This document shows, piece after piece, positions 32,186 to 45,043 of a DNA stretch of 64,000 bases. A model generated the notes under the pieces. It ran no database searches. It was given only the letters and a program-made list of their open reading frames with translations, and was not told the DNA's origin. Each line of letters starts with the position of its first letter. Positions within the stretch are counted from its first letter, which is position 1. The position numbers and the translations under genes are program-made. Location of the stretch: the NCBI GenBank assembly GCA_052390235.1, contig JBQTHB010000005.1:192001-256000 (forward strand), read 5' to 3'. Source of the DNA: Deltaproteobacteria bacterium. Lineage in GTDB: Bacteria; Desulfobacterota_D; UBA1144; Nemesobacterales; CSP1-2.

Positions 32186-33673
32186 TCACATTAAATATTG
32201 GGGGTTATCATCCTGCTCAACACGAGCCGCCGCCCTTTGCGCGGGATTGGATTCGCGGTTTGCCTTTGTTATTCGGGGCGAGGCGAGGTTTGAGGCGGCA
32301 GCAGAAAAACCGATGAGAAAGGCAAAATAGAGGGCATTTGACGGGATATGAAGATTAAAATCAGCGAGGCTATGAATGAGGAGCGACATCACCCCTGAGA
32401 GAGAGCCGAGGAGGAGAAAGAAAGCCGGATTATTATCCGAGGACAGACGCCTCAGCGCCCTCAGGCAGAACGCGAGATATACGCCAAGCGCGAGAGCGGC
32501 GCAGATAAAACCCACGATGCCTGACTCAAACAGCAGTTGAAGGTAGTCATTATGCGCCTGAGAATAGACCACAGCCTTATCCATAGCGTTTTTATAGAGC
32601 GGATAAACGTAGCCAAAAGTTCCCAATCCCGTGCCGAATGCAGGGAAATCCCCTATTGCCGCAAGCGAATCCTTCCAAACCAAAAGCCGTCCGGGAGAGT
32701 CCGCCTCAACCCTCAAGAATCTCTCGAAAATCGAATAAAACCCCACCCAAAACCCAAAGAGCAGAAGCACGACCAGAAAAAACACGGGCAGTAGCCCCCG
32801 TCCCGGCACGCTCCTCTTGTAGCCGGAGAAGCTCAGATAGAAAAATCCCAGAGCCATGGCGCAGGCGACAATCCCCACCCTCGATTTTGAAAACAGAAGC
32901 GCAAGCAACATCACGCCGACAAGCGAGGCTAGGACTATCTGCTTTTGAAAATTCTCCGAGGCAACCAATTTTTTCAGCGTCAAATCCCTCGCGCTCCAGT
33001 TCCCCATGTAGAACACGTAGCCGAGCATAAGGGGGATGCACATCTCCAGAAATCCGGCGAAGTGGTTGCGGTTTACGAAAGTCCCCGTGGCAGACACAAC
33101 GCCGACAAGCGACGCCTGGGGGACGGTTTGGGTGTTTGTCATAAAGCCGTAAATCCCGTAAATCGCCTCGTAAAAGGCCACTGCGGCAACCGCAATGAGA
33201 ACCGCCGACGCCGACGCGCGCGTATTTAGCCTCTTCGATACGACTATCCCGAAGACGATGTAGGAGGTCAGCAGAACAATCTCATTCCACGTCCCGTGGG
33301 GATAGAGGCTTATGGTGAAGAAACGGGGGGCGGGCGTGAATCCCACCTTAGCAAGCTCGGATTGGTTTTCGCGCCAGATGGCGAGACTCTCGCCGGACAG
33401 AACGCCCAATATAAAATCCGGCAGAGGCAGGATTTGAATCAATCCCACAGCGATAAGCCCTAGAAGCGGGGCGATGGTACTCGCTTTTAAATCGAGCTTT
33501 TGGCCAGTAATCATGAGCCAGACGAGCCAGAGCGCAAATAGCAAATACGCCACAAGCTCCAGCATCACCTTCGGCAGCGCCTCGACGCTCCCGTAGAGAA
33601 TCGGGGATACCACCAAGAGCGAGAGGATAAGGGCAAGAATGAGCTTATTTAGGACTTGAGGGAGCAGATTCAT
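32186..33673 (-). CDS. O-antigen ligase family (Wzy_C) membrane protein
   Basis: Multiple TMs; GTFVNRNHFAG, SKSRVG, GTGLGTF, AHNDYLQ, HSLADFNLH. Confidence 0.9.
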   Translation of the reverse strand: MNLLPQVLNKLILALILSLLVVSPILYGSVEALPKVMLELVAYLLFALWLVWLMITGQKLDLKASTIAPLLGLIAVGLIQILPLPDFILGVLSGESLAIWRENQSELAKVGFTPAPRFFTISLYPHGTWNEIVLLTSYIVFGIVVSKRLNTRASASAVLIAVAAVAFYEAIYGIYGFMTNTQTVPQASLVGVVSATGTFVNRNHFAGFLEMCIPLMLGYVFYMGNWSARDLTLKKLVASENFQKQIVLASLVGVMLLALLFSKSRVGIVACAMALGFFYLSFSGYKRSVPGRGLLPVFFLVVLLLFGFWVGFYSIFERFLRVEADSPGRLLVWKDSLAAIGDFPAFGTGLGTFGYVYPLYKNAMDKAVVYSQAHNDYLQLLFESGIVGFICAALALGVYLAFCLRALRRLSSDNNPAFFLLLGSLSGVMSLLIHSLADFNLHIPSNALYFAFLIGFSAAASNLASPRITKANRESNPAQRAAARVEQDDNPQYLM

Positions 33674-33728
33674 CGGGATTCACTCCATTATATATCACGG
33701 ATTCTATAGCGCGCCGTGGAAGAGCGTT

Positions 33729-34175
33729 CTATTCCAGCGGCATCTCTCGGATGAACTGATCCCAATGCTCCTCGGTGATGAGCATGATTTGCCTGCCGAA
33801 TTTTTTATAGCCGCCCTCGCCCGGGAACATCCGGTTGAATACCTCTTCGCGGATTTCGAGCCACTTATCAATCTGCGTGTAATTTGTAAATCTGACCACT
33901 ACTTTGAATGTCCAAGACGGCTTCATGCCGTGAATTCTCTCAGAGTACATCTTAATATTGCCGTCAATAACCCCGACTCTCGCCATCTCGCCCCAGAACG
34001 GATAGACCCTAGTCTTAAAGAGTTCTAGGAATTTCTCCTCGTTCTCAGGTTTCACTTTATAGTAGCTCTCTTCAATAACGACCTTATACCTGTCGGCTTC
34101 GGCGTAGGCGCTGACAGCTCCCAAAGCCGCCGTCAGGGACAGCGCAATAATGGCTGATGAAATTCTACATTTCAT
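33729..34175 (-). CDS. Exported hypothetical protein (NIPSNAP/dimeric alpha+beta barrel-like)
   Basis: Signal peptide (AYA); YKVKPENEEKFLELF pattern; SD GGAGG. Confidence 0.7.
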   Translation of the reverse strand: MKCRISSAIIALSLTAALGAVSAYAEADRYKVVIEESYYKVKPENEEKFLELFKTRVYPFWGEMARVGVIDGNIKMYSERIHGMKPSWTFKVVVRFTNYTQIDKWLEIREEVFNRMFPGEGGYKKFGRQIMLITEEHWDQFIREMPLE

Positions 34176-34200
34176 TGCTCGCTTCCTCCCGAATGAAAAT

Positions 34201-35001
34201 TTATTTCATGACGGACTTATAATACCTTTTAAGAATAAAATCCAAAACCCAGGGGGCAATAGAATTTAGCATCATCAATAGCCGAAGCGCGGGAAACGGC
34301 AGCACCTCAGCCCTCGGACGCTCGGCGCAGGCGACAATAGCCGACGCCACATGGCGGGCGGACTGGGCGAACAGATTCGGCGGCTCATACTTTTTGCCCG
34401 TCTTGTTTTTGAGAACGTCGAAAAATTCCGTCCGAGTCAGCACGGGATAGACCACGCTCACATGGATTCCCGCCGAGGCAAGCTCGACCCTGAGGGCTTC
34501 GGAAAACCCGCAAATGGCGAATTTTGTCGCGCAGTAAGCCCCAAGAAAAGGAAACCCCCTCTTTCCGGCAACCGAGGAGAGATTTATTATATGCCCTCCG
34601 CCCCGCGCCTTCATGAGCGGAATTACGGCTTTTGAGGCGTTGAAAATCCCCATGAGATTTACGTTGAGAATCTCGCGCATATCCTCGTAGGAGGTCTGTT
34701 CGATAGTGGCAAACTGCCCGAACCCCGCGTTATTGACGAGAATATCCACCCCGCCGAACTCATCTGCCGCTCTTAGAATCATCGAATCCACGGCCGAGGC
34801 GTCGGACACATCTAGGGAAGCAACCATCGCCTCTGCTCCGCGAAGGGAAATCTCTTGGGCAAGCTCGCGGAGTTTATCCTCCCTCCTTGCGGCGAGGACG
34901 ATTTTTGCCCGCTTCTCGGCGAAGAGCAAAGCCGCCTCCCTGCCAATCCCGCTTGATGCGCCGGTTATGACGACTACTCTATCCTCTACTTTCTTTCCCA
35001 T
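34201..35001 (-). CDS. Short-chain dehydrogenase/reductase
   Basis: TGASSGIG, NNAG, SS, YCATK. Confidence 0.95.
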   Translation of the reverse strand: MGKKVEDRVVVITGASSGIGREAALLFAEKRAKIVLAARREDKLRELAQEISLRGAEAMVASLDVSDASAVDSMILRAADEFGGVDILVNNAGFGQFATIEQTSYEDMREILNVNLMGIFNASKAVIPLMKARGGGHIINLSSVAGKRGFPFLGAYCATKFAICGFSEALRVELASAGIHVSVVYPVLTRTEFFDVLKNKTGKKYEPPNLFAQSARHVASAIVACAERPRAEVLPFPALRLLMMLNSIAPWVLDFILKRYYKSVMK

Positions 35002-35213
35002 GCCAGTTCCCTTGATAAGTCCCAAAAATTTAACGCGCCGCCCCCGCCCGATGAAAACAATTATAGAACAGAGAGCGCTTTTAAATAAGCCGCGCGGAGA
35101 GGGAGAATTAGCCGCTGTTGATTTTAAACTATATGTATGGAAAACTTAAGCCGGAACTTTGGCACAGATTCAATCGAGCCGCCATTAAATTTCTTACACA
35201 GGACAGATAGGTT

Positions 35214-35990
35214 ATGATGACAAATTGGATGCACTTTGTTATGCAGGTAGCCGAAACCGCGGAGGTTGCGGCAAAGCAGGTCAATGTCTCAACCCTCGTT
35301 TCAGACGCGGGCCCAGTGGTAAAGGTGGTTCTCCTCATGCTCGTTTTGATGTCGGTAGTATCGTGGATGATAATTTTCTCCAAATTTTTCATACTGAGCA
35401 GGGCTGAGAAACACTCGGACAAATTCCTAGATTCTTACCAACTGAGCGGCAATTTTGGCAGCCTATTCAGCTCGACAAAGACCCTAAGCGGCCCTGTAGC
35501 AGAGACGTTCAGAGCCGGATACAAAGAGCTTGCGAAGGTTAAAAAATCGAAATCCCCAGCGGCGACATTGAAAACAGAGACCGAGGCTTCGGGCGCGGAA
35601 ATCCCAACGGCTGAGGTCGGCGTGGGGGAACTGGTCGAGAGGGCGATGAAGCGGACTATGTCCTCCGAGATTTCGAGGCTCGAGGGTTCGCTCATATTTC
35701 TCGCTACGACGGGAAGCGCCGCCCCGTTTATCGGGCTATTCGGCACGGTGTGGGGGATTATGACGTCCTTCATCGGACTGTCCAGCCAGCTGGGGGTACC
35801 GACCCTTCAAGCCGTAGCTCCGGGCATAGCCGAGGCGCTCATTGCAACGGCAGTGGGGCTTGCCGCCGCAATACCGGCCGTCGTGGCGTATAACTACTTC
35901 ATCAACCGCGTAAAACGGATAGCCGTGGAGACCGAAAATTTCTCATCGGACTTCCTAAACATAGTTGACAGATACATAGCGGGGATATAG
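35214..35990 (+). CDS. tolQ: TolQ (MotA/TolQ/ExbB)
   Basis: APFIGLFGTVWGIM, VAPGIAEALIATA. Confidence 0.92.
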   Translation: MMTNWMHFVMQVAETAEVAAKQVNVSTLVSDAGPVVKVVLLMLVLMSVVSWMIIFSKFFILSRAEKHSDKFLDSYQLSGNFGSLFSSTKTLSGPVAETFRAGYKELAKVKKSKSPAATLKTETEASGAEIPTAEVGVGELVERAMKRTMSSEISRLEGSLIFLATTGSAAPFIGLFGTVWGIMTSFIGLSSQLGVPTLQAVAPGIAEALIATAVGLAAAIPAVVAYNYFINRVKRIAVETENFSSDFLNIVDRYIAGI

Positions 35991-35994
35991 GGCA

Positions 35995-36462
35995 ATGGGA
36001 GCAAACCTCAGAAATAGCGGCGGCGCAAATAATAGCTACACAGTGCTTTCAGAAATCAACGTTACCCCTTTTGTTGACGTGATGCTAGTGCTTCTCGTGA
36101 TATTTATGGTTACCGCGCCGATACTCTATCAAGGCGTGGACGTAAATCTCCCCAAAGTGGAATCGAAGCCTCTGCCCGCGATAGAGAAGGAAAAAAAGAT
36201 ACTGGTTACCATGAACTCCGGCGGCGAGATATTCATCGAGAAGAAGCAATACGACATCTCAGAAATCAAGCTGGAGATTCGCTCCCTCATCCTAGACAAG
36301 GGGAAACAGTTGGATGAAGAGGACGTATTTCTCAGAGCCGATGCAAGCGTTCCCTACGGCAGAGTGGTAGAGGTCATGGGGGAAATTAAAAAAGCCGGCG
36401 TCAAGAAACTTGGGCTTGTAACCGAGCCGCCGCCGATAAATAAATCATCCAAAAATAGGTAA
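35995..36462 (+). CDS. tolR: TolR (ExbD/TolR)
   Basis: SEINVTPFVDVMLVLLVIFMVTAP, RADASVPYG. Confidence 0.92.
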   Translation: MGANLRNSGGANNSYTVLSEINVTPFVDVMLVLLVIFMVTAPILYQGVDVNLPKVESKPLPAIEKEKKILVTMNSGGEIFIEKKQYDISEIKLEIRSLILDKGKQLDEEDVFLRADASVPYGRVVEVMGEIKKAGVKKLGLVTEPPPINKSSKNR

Positions 36463-36463
36463 A

Positions 36464-37414
36464 ATGGGAGTTTTTAAGAACGGAGACCCGAAAAATTCAA
36501 ACTGGCGCGTGGGTGCGGCGTTTTCCCTCATCCTGCACGGTATCATACTGTTCCTGGCCCTTTTCTCAGGATTCGGCTCGTCCGAGGATTTAGGGGGCGC
36601 GCCTGCTCCCGAAGGGCTTATCGAGGGGAGGCTGGTTTCGCTCTCAGAGCTTGAGGGACTAAGAGGCGGCAATAACCCCGGCGATAGCGTCTCGAATCCG
36701 CCTAAAGAGGATATTAAGAGAGAAGAGCCGCAAGAGCCTGTGAAAATCTCCGAGCCGGAGAAAAAAATCCCTCCTCCAAAAGAGAAAACCGAGGTTCAAA
36801 AGGTCGAAGAGCCTAAACCCAAGGAAAAAGCCGTCGTCCTAGAGACCGAGAGGGAAAAGAAAAAAGAGAAGCAAACCGCCAAAACCGAACTGTCCCCCAA
36901 ACCCTCAGAGACGAATCCCTCGGATTCCGCAAAATCTAAGCAACAAGTCCTAGAGCAAATGCAGAAAAACGTCTCTGACAAACAGCGGCAGGGCATAATT
37001 GACGAGCTTCGGAGCAGGAATGTAGCCGAGGCCGACTCCACCGAGAGCGGAAACGGCGGCTCTCAGGGAGGAGGCGGATTCGCGGGGGGCAAATCCTCAG
37101 GCGGCGCATCGAGAGGCACAATTGCATCGCTTTTCGTAAACCGCCTCAGCGCCGAGATTCGCCGCAGGTGGGAAATCCCCCCCAATATCCCGACCGACGG
37201 AAGCCTCAGAACAGTCGTCGTGTTCAAGATGGACGTTCAGGGAAACGTCTATGATATTCGCGTCGAGGAAGCTTCCCGAAACCCGCTTTTCGACGATTTC
37301 TGCGTGAGAGCCATACGCAAAGCGGCTCCCCTGAAAACGCCCGTGCCAGCAGAGCTACTGGAGGAGGCGAGAAACGAGGGGATACAGGTATCTTTCAGGA
37401 ACACGGACTTCTAG
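36464..37414 (+). CDS. tolA: TolA/TonB-like protein
   Basis: SLILH TM motif, Lys/Glu/Pro-rich stalk, TonB_2-type C-domain (SRNPLFDDFCVRAI). Confidence 0.8.
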   Translation: MGVFKNGDPKNSNWRVGAAFSLILHGIILFLALFSGFGSSEDLGGAPAPEGLIEGRLVSLSELEGLRGGNNPGDSVSNPPKEDIKREEPQEPVKISEPEKKIPPPKEKTEVQKVEEPKPKEKAVVLETEREKKKEKQTAKTELSPKPSETNPSDSAKSKQQVLEQMQKNVSDKQRQGIIDELRSRNVAEADSTESGNGGSQGGGGFAGGKSSGGASRGTIASLFVNRLSAEIRRRWEIPPNIPTDGSLRTVVVFKMDVQGNVYDIRVEEASRNPLFDDFCVRAIRKAAPLKTPVPAELLEEARNEGIQVSFRNTDF

Positions 37415-37557
37415 TTCCGCCTCCCGTTACACTCTAATGCTTTTATTAGGGGCATCCACCCCTATTCAATATCCTTGCTAGAGACCAGAGGTGATGACAG
37501 CGGATGCGCTAGATTGATTCGCCTGCGCCGCTCGCTATACTCCCGCATCCCGAATAG

Positions 37558-38241
37558 CTACAGTAGCTTATTCTCGGTAAAGCTGAAGTACCCGCCCTTG
37601 GCAACAATTATATGGTCCAGCACTTTGATGTCGAGCGGTTGGGCGGCTTTGGCGATGGTGCTGGTCAGGCGCTTGTCCTGCTCGGAGGGTTCGATGCTTC
37701 CGCTTGGGTGATTATGGACGAGAATCACCCCGGTTGCGCGGTGGGAAAGGGCCGCCTCAACAATCCTACGCGGATATACTACGACGTGGTCAACAGTCCC
37801 CTCCTGAAGCGTTTCATAGTGAATAACCTCATTTTTCACGTTGAGATAAACGACCATAAACGCCTCGTGAGCGAGCGCGGCAAGCCTCATTCGGGCAAAA
37901 TCCGCAACCAGCCGCGGCGAGGTGAGGGCATCACCCCCGTTTCTCATCCTATGCTCAAGGTACGCCCCGCATAGCCCCTTCACGAGGGCAATAAGCGTCG
38001 CCGATGCCTCTCCAAGCCCTTCAATCAGCTCAAGCTCGTTCGGGTCTGCGTCCAGCACCCCGGCGACTCCCCCGTAGCGCTTAAAGAGGGTCTTAGCCAC
38101 GGGCTTTACGTCCCTTCTTGGAACGGCGTATGTGATGAGGAGTTCGAGGAGTTCATAGTCGGCAAGCCCCGACGCTCCGCTTCTGCGGTAGCGTTCTCTG
38201 AGGCGTTTTCGATGCTCAATATAATCCGGCTTATCGGGCAT
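37558..38241 (-). CDS. radC: RadC/UPF0758 JAB-domain protein with HhH
   Basis: HRKRLRER, YELLELL, HNHPSG, LDHII; start ATG 38241 with GGAG. Confidence 0.93.
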   Translation of the reverse strand: MPDKPDYIEHRKRLRERYRRSGASGLADYELLELLITYAVPRRDVKPVAKTLFKRYGGVAGVLDADPNELELIEGLGEASATLIALVKGLCGAYLEHRMRNGGDALTSPRLVADFARMRLAALAHEAFMVVYLNVKNEVIHYETLQEGTVDHVVVYPRRIVEAALSHRATGVILVHNHPSGSIEPSEQDKRLTSTIAKAAQPLDIKVLDHIIVAKGGYFSFTENKLL

Positions 38242-38331
38242 TGATTCTCCAGTTGATAATTCAAATTTCACTCCTGCTGGCGGCCTGCCTATAAATATCG
38301 CAGATTCCACAATCAGCCGCCGATAACCTCA

Positions 38332-39708
38332 TCATCCAAACACGAGGAAATAGACGAGTCCCGCGGCGGCGCTGGCGGCTAGGGTTTTAATCATCCCGGC
38401 TTTATAGCGGAGAATTGCTATAAAAGCACCGGCGGCGAGAATCAAAGAGGCCACATCGAGAGTCCCCCAAACGGGAGCGTAAAAGCGCATCCCCAGGGCG
38501 CGGATTTCATTCACTTCGCCAAACACTGTGTGCAGAGAAAACCATACGGCGAGGTTCAAAATCACCCCCACCACTGCGGCGGTTATCGCCGAGAGGGCAG
38601 AACTCAGACGCTTATTCCCTCTGAGGTTTTCAATATAGGGCGCGCCTAGAAAAATCCACAGAAAACACGGCACAAAAGTTACCCAAACCGTTATGAGCGA
38701 GCCGATAACCCCAGCCCACACAGGGTCAAGCCCCCCCGGATTTCTATACGCCCCCATAAACCCCACAAACTGCACGACCATAATTAGGGGGCCCGGCGTG
38801 GTCTCTGCCATCCCCAAGCCGTCTAGCATCTCCGCAGGCCTCAGCCACCCATAGACCCCGACAGCCTGCTGCGCAATATAGGCAAGCACCGCGTAAGCGC
38901 CTCCGAAAGTAACCATAGCCGTCTTGCTGAAGAACACCCCCTCGACCACATAGATGCTTGCCGCCCCGAACGCAAGCGCCAGTACCCCAAGGGGCAGAAA
39001 CCAAAGCGCGAGGCAAACCCCCAGGATGCGGATTGAACGGGAAAGCGTCGGCTTGGTGTGCTGCGGGAATGTATCCGAGATAACGAACTCCCCGCCTCCA
39101 GTGCCGGATTTGGCTTGATGCGCTCGAATTACGTGGAATTTGTCCTCGCGGTATTTCCCTCCGAAATAGCCCAAAATCCCCGCCGAAAGCACTATTGCCG
39201 GGAATGGGGCGTTGAATAGGAATATCGCAACGAACGCGGCGGCGGCAATAGCCATCATGACGTTGTTTTTGAGAGCGCGCCCGCCGATGCGAAAAACGGC
39301 CTCTGCGACAACCGCCATCACCGCGGGTTTTAATCCGAAGAACAGAGCCTGCACGAAACTCGCCTCCCGATAGACGGCGTAAACTACGCTCAGCGCAAGT
39401 ATCGAGGCGAAGCCCGGAAGCACGAACAAAACCCCTGCCGCAATGCCGCCCCTGGTTTTATGTAGAAGCCAGCCGATGTAGATTGCGAGTTGCTGCGCCT
39501 CAGGGCCGGGAAGGAGCATACAGTAATTGAGGGCGTGGAGAAACCGCTCCTCGCTAATCCAGCGCTTCTCTTCAATGAGTATGCGGTGCATAGTGGCGAT
39601 TTGTCCGGCCGGCCCTCCGAAGCTGAGGAGAGCGACTTTAATCCATACCCGCAGGGCTTCTCTAAACGTAATGGGGTGTTCGGTTGAGGAGGTACTCGCG
39701 CCGCTCAT
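38332..39708 (-). CDS. chrA: Chromate efflux transporter (long-chain CHR)
   Basis: SFGGPAGQIA, LPGPEAQQL, TFGGAYAVL, ETTPGPLI. Confidence 0.95.
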   Translation of the reverse strand: MSGASTSSTEHPITFREALRVWIKVALLSFGGPAGQIATMHRILIEEKRWISEERFLHALNYCMLLPGPEAQQLAIYIGWLLHKTRGGIAAGVLFVLPGFASILALSVVYAVYREASFVQALFFGLKPAVMAVVAEAVFRIGGRALKNNVMMAIAAAAFVAIFLFNAPFPAIVLSAGILGYFGGKYREDKFHVIRAHQAKSGTGGGEFVISDTFPQHTKPTLSRSIRILGVCLALWFLPLGVLALAFGAASIYVVEGVFFSKTAMVTFGGAYAVLAYIAQQAVGVYGWLRPAEMLDGLGMAETTPGPLIMVVQFVGFMGAYRNPGGLDPVWAGVIGSLITVWVTFVPCFLWIFLGAPYIENLRGNKRLSSALSAITAAVVGVILNLAVWFSLHTVFGEVNEIRALGMRFYAPVWGTLDVASLILAAGAFIAILRYKAGMIKTLAASAAAGLVYFLVFG

Positions 39709-39766
39709 AGATTTTTGCTCTCCCTCGTGCCAGTGAATTTACGCAGGTGTGGTAGTATAAACCGAA

Positions 39767-41170
39767 ATGGCTCAAATTTCTCTGGCTGACGAGAAGACCA
39801 TCGCCGCCCTCGCAACCCCTGCCGGCAGAGGCGGAATTGCCGTTATAAGAATGAGCGGCAGGGAGTCGCACTCAATCTTGGCGAGGGTGTTTAGGAGAAA
39901 GGACGGGGGCGAAGCCGGCGCAATGGAGTCCCGCAGGCTCTACTATGGGGCGATTTTCGACTCGGTATCGGGAAGGACTATAGACGACGTTCTTGCGGTC
40001 ATAATGAAATCTCCGCGCTCCTACACGGGCGAGGACGTAGCGGAGATTCACTCTCACGGGGGGATTCTAGCCCCGAACCGGATTCTTGAGCTTCTGTTCA
40101 GGGAGGGGACAAGACCGGCATCGCCCGGAGAGTTTACGCTTCGGGCATATCTGAGCGGCAGGATTGACCTCGCCCAAGCCGAAGCCGTGGCGGATGTTAT
40201 CAGCTCAGAGACCGACGACGCTCTTAAAAATGCCCGACTTCAGCTCGAAGGGGCGCTGTCTGAGAAAATCAGGGAGTGCAAAGAGGGCGTAATAGATATT
40301 TTGGCGGAGGTCGAGGCGCGGGTGGATTTCCCCGAAGAGGGTATTGACCCGATAGCCCTTGAATATCTCGTAAGGAAAACCCGGGAGGTCATTGGGGAAT
40401 CCGATAAACTCATTGCGGGGTACGAACACGGGCGAATAATTAAGCGCGGCGTCTCGGCGGCAATCATCGGAAAGCCGAACGTCGGCAAATCGAGCCTGCT
40501 AAATCAGCTCCTCAACCGAGAGAGGGCAATTGTCAGCCCCGTTCCCGGCACAACCAGGGATTTCATTGAAGAGCCGGTTGAAGTGAGAGGAATCCCACTT
40601 AGGCTCGTTGACACGGCGGGAGTAAGGGCAACGGCGGATGACATCGAGCGGACGGGCGTTCTGATAGCAAAACAGAAAGCAGAGGAGGCGGAATTAATCA
40701 TAGCCGTAGTGGATGCTAGGGGCGGATTGGACGGGGACGACCGCGAGGTTTTAGAGGGCATCGAGCTGGATAAGGCGATTTTGGCAATTAATAAATGCGA
40801 CCTCGGCGGGGAGGTATCTGAGGGGGAGATTAGCCGATATTTCCCGAAGGAGAGGGTTGTGAGGGTGTCGGCGAAAACCGGAGCGGGGATTGAAGAGCTA
40901 AAGGACAGGATTTACGATGCTCTGCTCGGAGGGAGGAAACCGCAGACCACAGAGGGAGCGGTTATATCCGAGCTTAGGCATAAGTCGGCAATTGAGCGCG
41001 CCAAAGAGGGCATGATTTCGTTTCTCGAGCGTCTGGACAAAGGGCAGTCGCCTGAGTTTTTGGCGGTGGATTTGAGGGCGGTTTTAGATGATTTCGGCGA
41101 AATTACAGGAGAAATCACGACCGAGGACATTCTCGGAAGAATTTTCAGCAAATTTTGTGTAGGAAAATAA
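39767..41170 (+). CDS. mnmE: tRNA modification GTPase MnmE
   Basis: SYTGED, GKPNVGKS, GTTRD, DTAG, NKCD, FSKFCVGK. Confidence 0.97.
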   Translation: MAQISLADEKTIAALATPAGRGGIAVIRMSGRESHSILARVFRRKDGGEAGAMESRRLYYGAIFDSVSGRTIDDVLAVIMKSPRSYTGEDVAEIHSHGGILAPNRILELLFREGTRPASPGEFTLRAYLSGRIDLAQAEAVADVISSETDDALKNARLQLEGALSEKIRECKEGVIDILAEVEARVDFPEEGIDPIALEYLVRKTREVIGESDKLIAGYEHGRIIKRGVSAAIIGKPNVGKSSLLNQLLNRERAIVSPVPGTTRDFIEEPVEVRGIPLRLVDTAGVRATADDIERTGVLIAKQKAEEAELIIAVVDARGGLDGDDREVLEGIELDKAILAINKCDLGGEVSEGEISRYFPKERVVRVSAKTGAGIEELKDRIYDALLGGRKPQTTEGAVISELRHKSAIERAKEGMISFLERLDKGQSPEFLAVDLRAVLDDFGEITGEITTEDILGRIFSKFCVGK

Positions 41171-41183
41171 GGCACTTACAGCG

Positions 41184-41199
41184 AGTTTCACGTGAAACA
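41184..41199. promoter_or_regulatory. parS centromere site
   Basis: AGTTTCACGTGAAACA, 15/16 match to the TGTTTCACGTGAAACA consensus, with a perfect 14-bp palindrome. Confidence 0.9.
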
Positions 41200-41338
41200 T
41201 CCACAGGCTGTGGATAACGTTATCCACAGGTGTTGATAACTTTTGAAAAATAATTTTCAATAATCTAAGCTAGTTACAGCTCACCGAACTCCTGCCCAAA
41301 AAAGTTATCCACAATTCATCCACAGGGGGTGTTTATAA
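41197..41338. promoter_or_regulatory. Remote DnaA-box cluster
   Basis: Perfect boxes at 41209 (TGTGGATAA), 41220 and 41305 (TTATCCACA); near-matches at 41197, 41231, 41316, 41330. Confidence 0.9.
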
Positions 41339-41442
41339 CCAGCCAAAGCGGGCTTCTAGCGCGCAAAATCGCTGTAAATTCAATTTATTCGGACTCGATG
41401 GGTGGGATGCTGCGCGCCGGCGCGGCGGGGTTTGATTCCCCT

Positions 41443-42261
41443 CTAAAGCCACTCAAGCCGCCGAAATAGCGCGTCCCGAATAGCCAGAAACTCAGCACCG
41501 GAATCGCCGAATTTAACGCCGTCAATCTCGGATACGGCTTGGACTCCGACAAGAGAATTGCTGATAAAAGCCCCGCCGGAGGTAGCGACGCTTGCCTCTG
41601 TAAACCGCCCTTGGCAGACCTCGATTCCTAATCCGCCTGCAATCTCAATCACCGCGCCCCGCGTAATCCCCGGAAGAATTCCACACTCCGTCGAGGGGGT
41701 GTGGAGTTTGCCGCCACTCAGCCAGAAGATATTGCTCGCGCTCCCCTCGGCAACCTCTCCGCGTTCGTTGAGAAATATCGCCTCGTCCGCCCCGCGCCGG
41801 ACTGCCTCCCTCTTTGCAAGCACGCTCTCTAGGTAATTGAGAGATTTAATCCGGGCTATGGGAGATGCCGAACTACGCCTTATGGAATAGCTCAAGGCTC
41901 GGATTGTCGTGGGGCGGGCGGAGTAGGGTTTCACGGATACGAGAATCGAGGATGATTCGGGATATTCCGCAAATGCGGTATCTCCCTGCGCGAGGAGGCA
42001 GATTTTCACAGTTGCGTCAGGGATGCGGGAACCGAGGACGGCGGCTTCGAGGGCTTCTTTAATTTCAGTCTCGCCGGGAAAGGAAATCCCTAAAACCCCA
42101 GCCCCATGCCTCATCCGCTCGACGTGGCGCATCCACAAAATGGGAAAGCCACGCCTCCAGCGGAAGGTCTCAAACACCCCCTCGCCGAAGAAAAGAGAAC
42201 GGAGGGGCGGCAAATCCTCTCGGTTGACAGCCCTGCCTTTCAGGAAAATAAATTCACTCAT
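41443..42261 (-). CDS. Aminotransferase class IV (PabC/IlvE-like)
   Basis: GEGVFET, IKSLNY, EGSASNIF, LPGITR; start ATG 42261. Confidence 0.9.
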   Translation of the reverse strand: MSEFIFLKGRAVNREDLPPLRSLFFGEGVFETFRWRRGFPILWMRHVERMRHGAGVLGISFPGETEIKEALEAAVLGSRIPDATVKICLLAQGDTAFAEYPESSSILVSVKPYSARPTTIRALSYSIRRSSASPIARIKSLNYLESVLAKREAVRRGADEAIFLNERGEVAEGSASNIFWLSGGKLHTPSTECGILPGITRGAVIEIAGGLGIEVCQGRFTEASVATSGGAFISNSLVGVQAVSEIDGVKFGDSGAEFLAIRDALFRRLEWL

Positions 42262-42321
42262 TGCGCGCCGCCTGTTAAAACCTCTATCGGCTAGGGACAA
42301 TCTCATTGGAGAGGGGAAATC

Positions 42322-44790
<2,469 letters not shown>

Positions 44791-45043
44791 CTACCTCCAA
44801 TGTGTTTAGACGCGACTTAGTGAATAGTACCATGAACAGGGGGGTAATCAATAAAAACGAGGAATCGGAAGCGCCGTCTGAACATCGAAAATTTCAAATT
44901 TTTCAGGAACTTATACCGCGCCGAACGTAGCCCCGTCAACACCGATGAGGGCGCGTGCATAGAAGCCATTGACGGGGGAGTGGGCAGGAGATTGCCGCGA
45001 AATCGCTATGGCAAAAAATTTTCGTCTGAGTTAAAATTAGCGT

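Noticed and set aside
37558..39708. radC-chrA as a mobile island
   Set aside because: RadC is the long HhH chromosomal form; no integrase, transposase, tRNA or flanking repeats were seen.
41171..41442. Primary oriC
   Set aside because: No DnaA-trios or clear unwinding element; the dnaA-dnaN gap has the full set.
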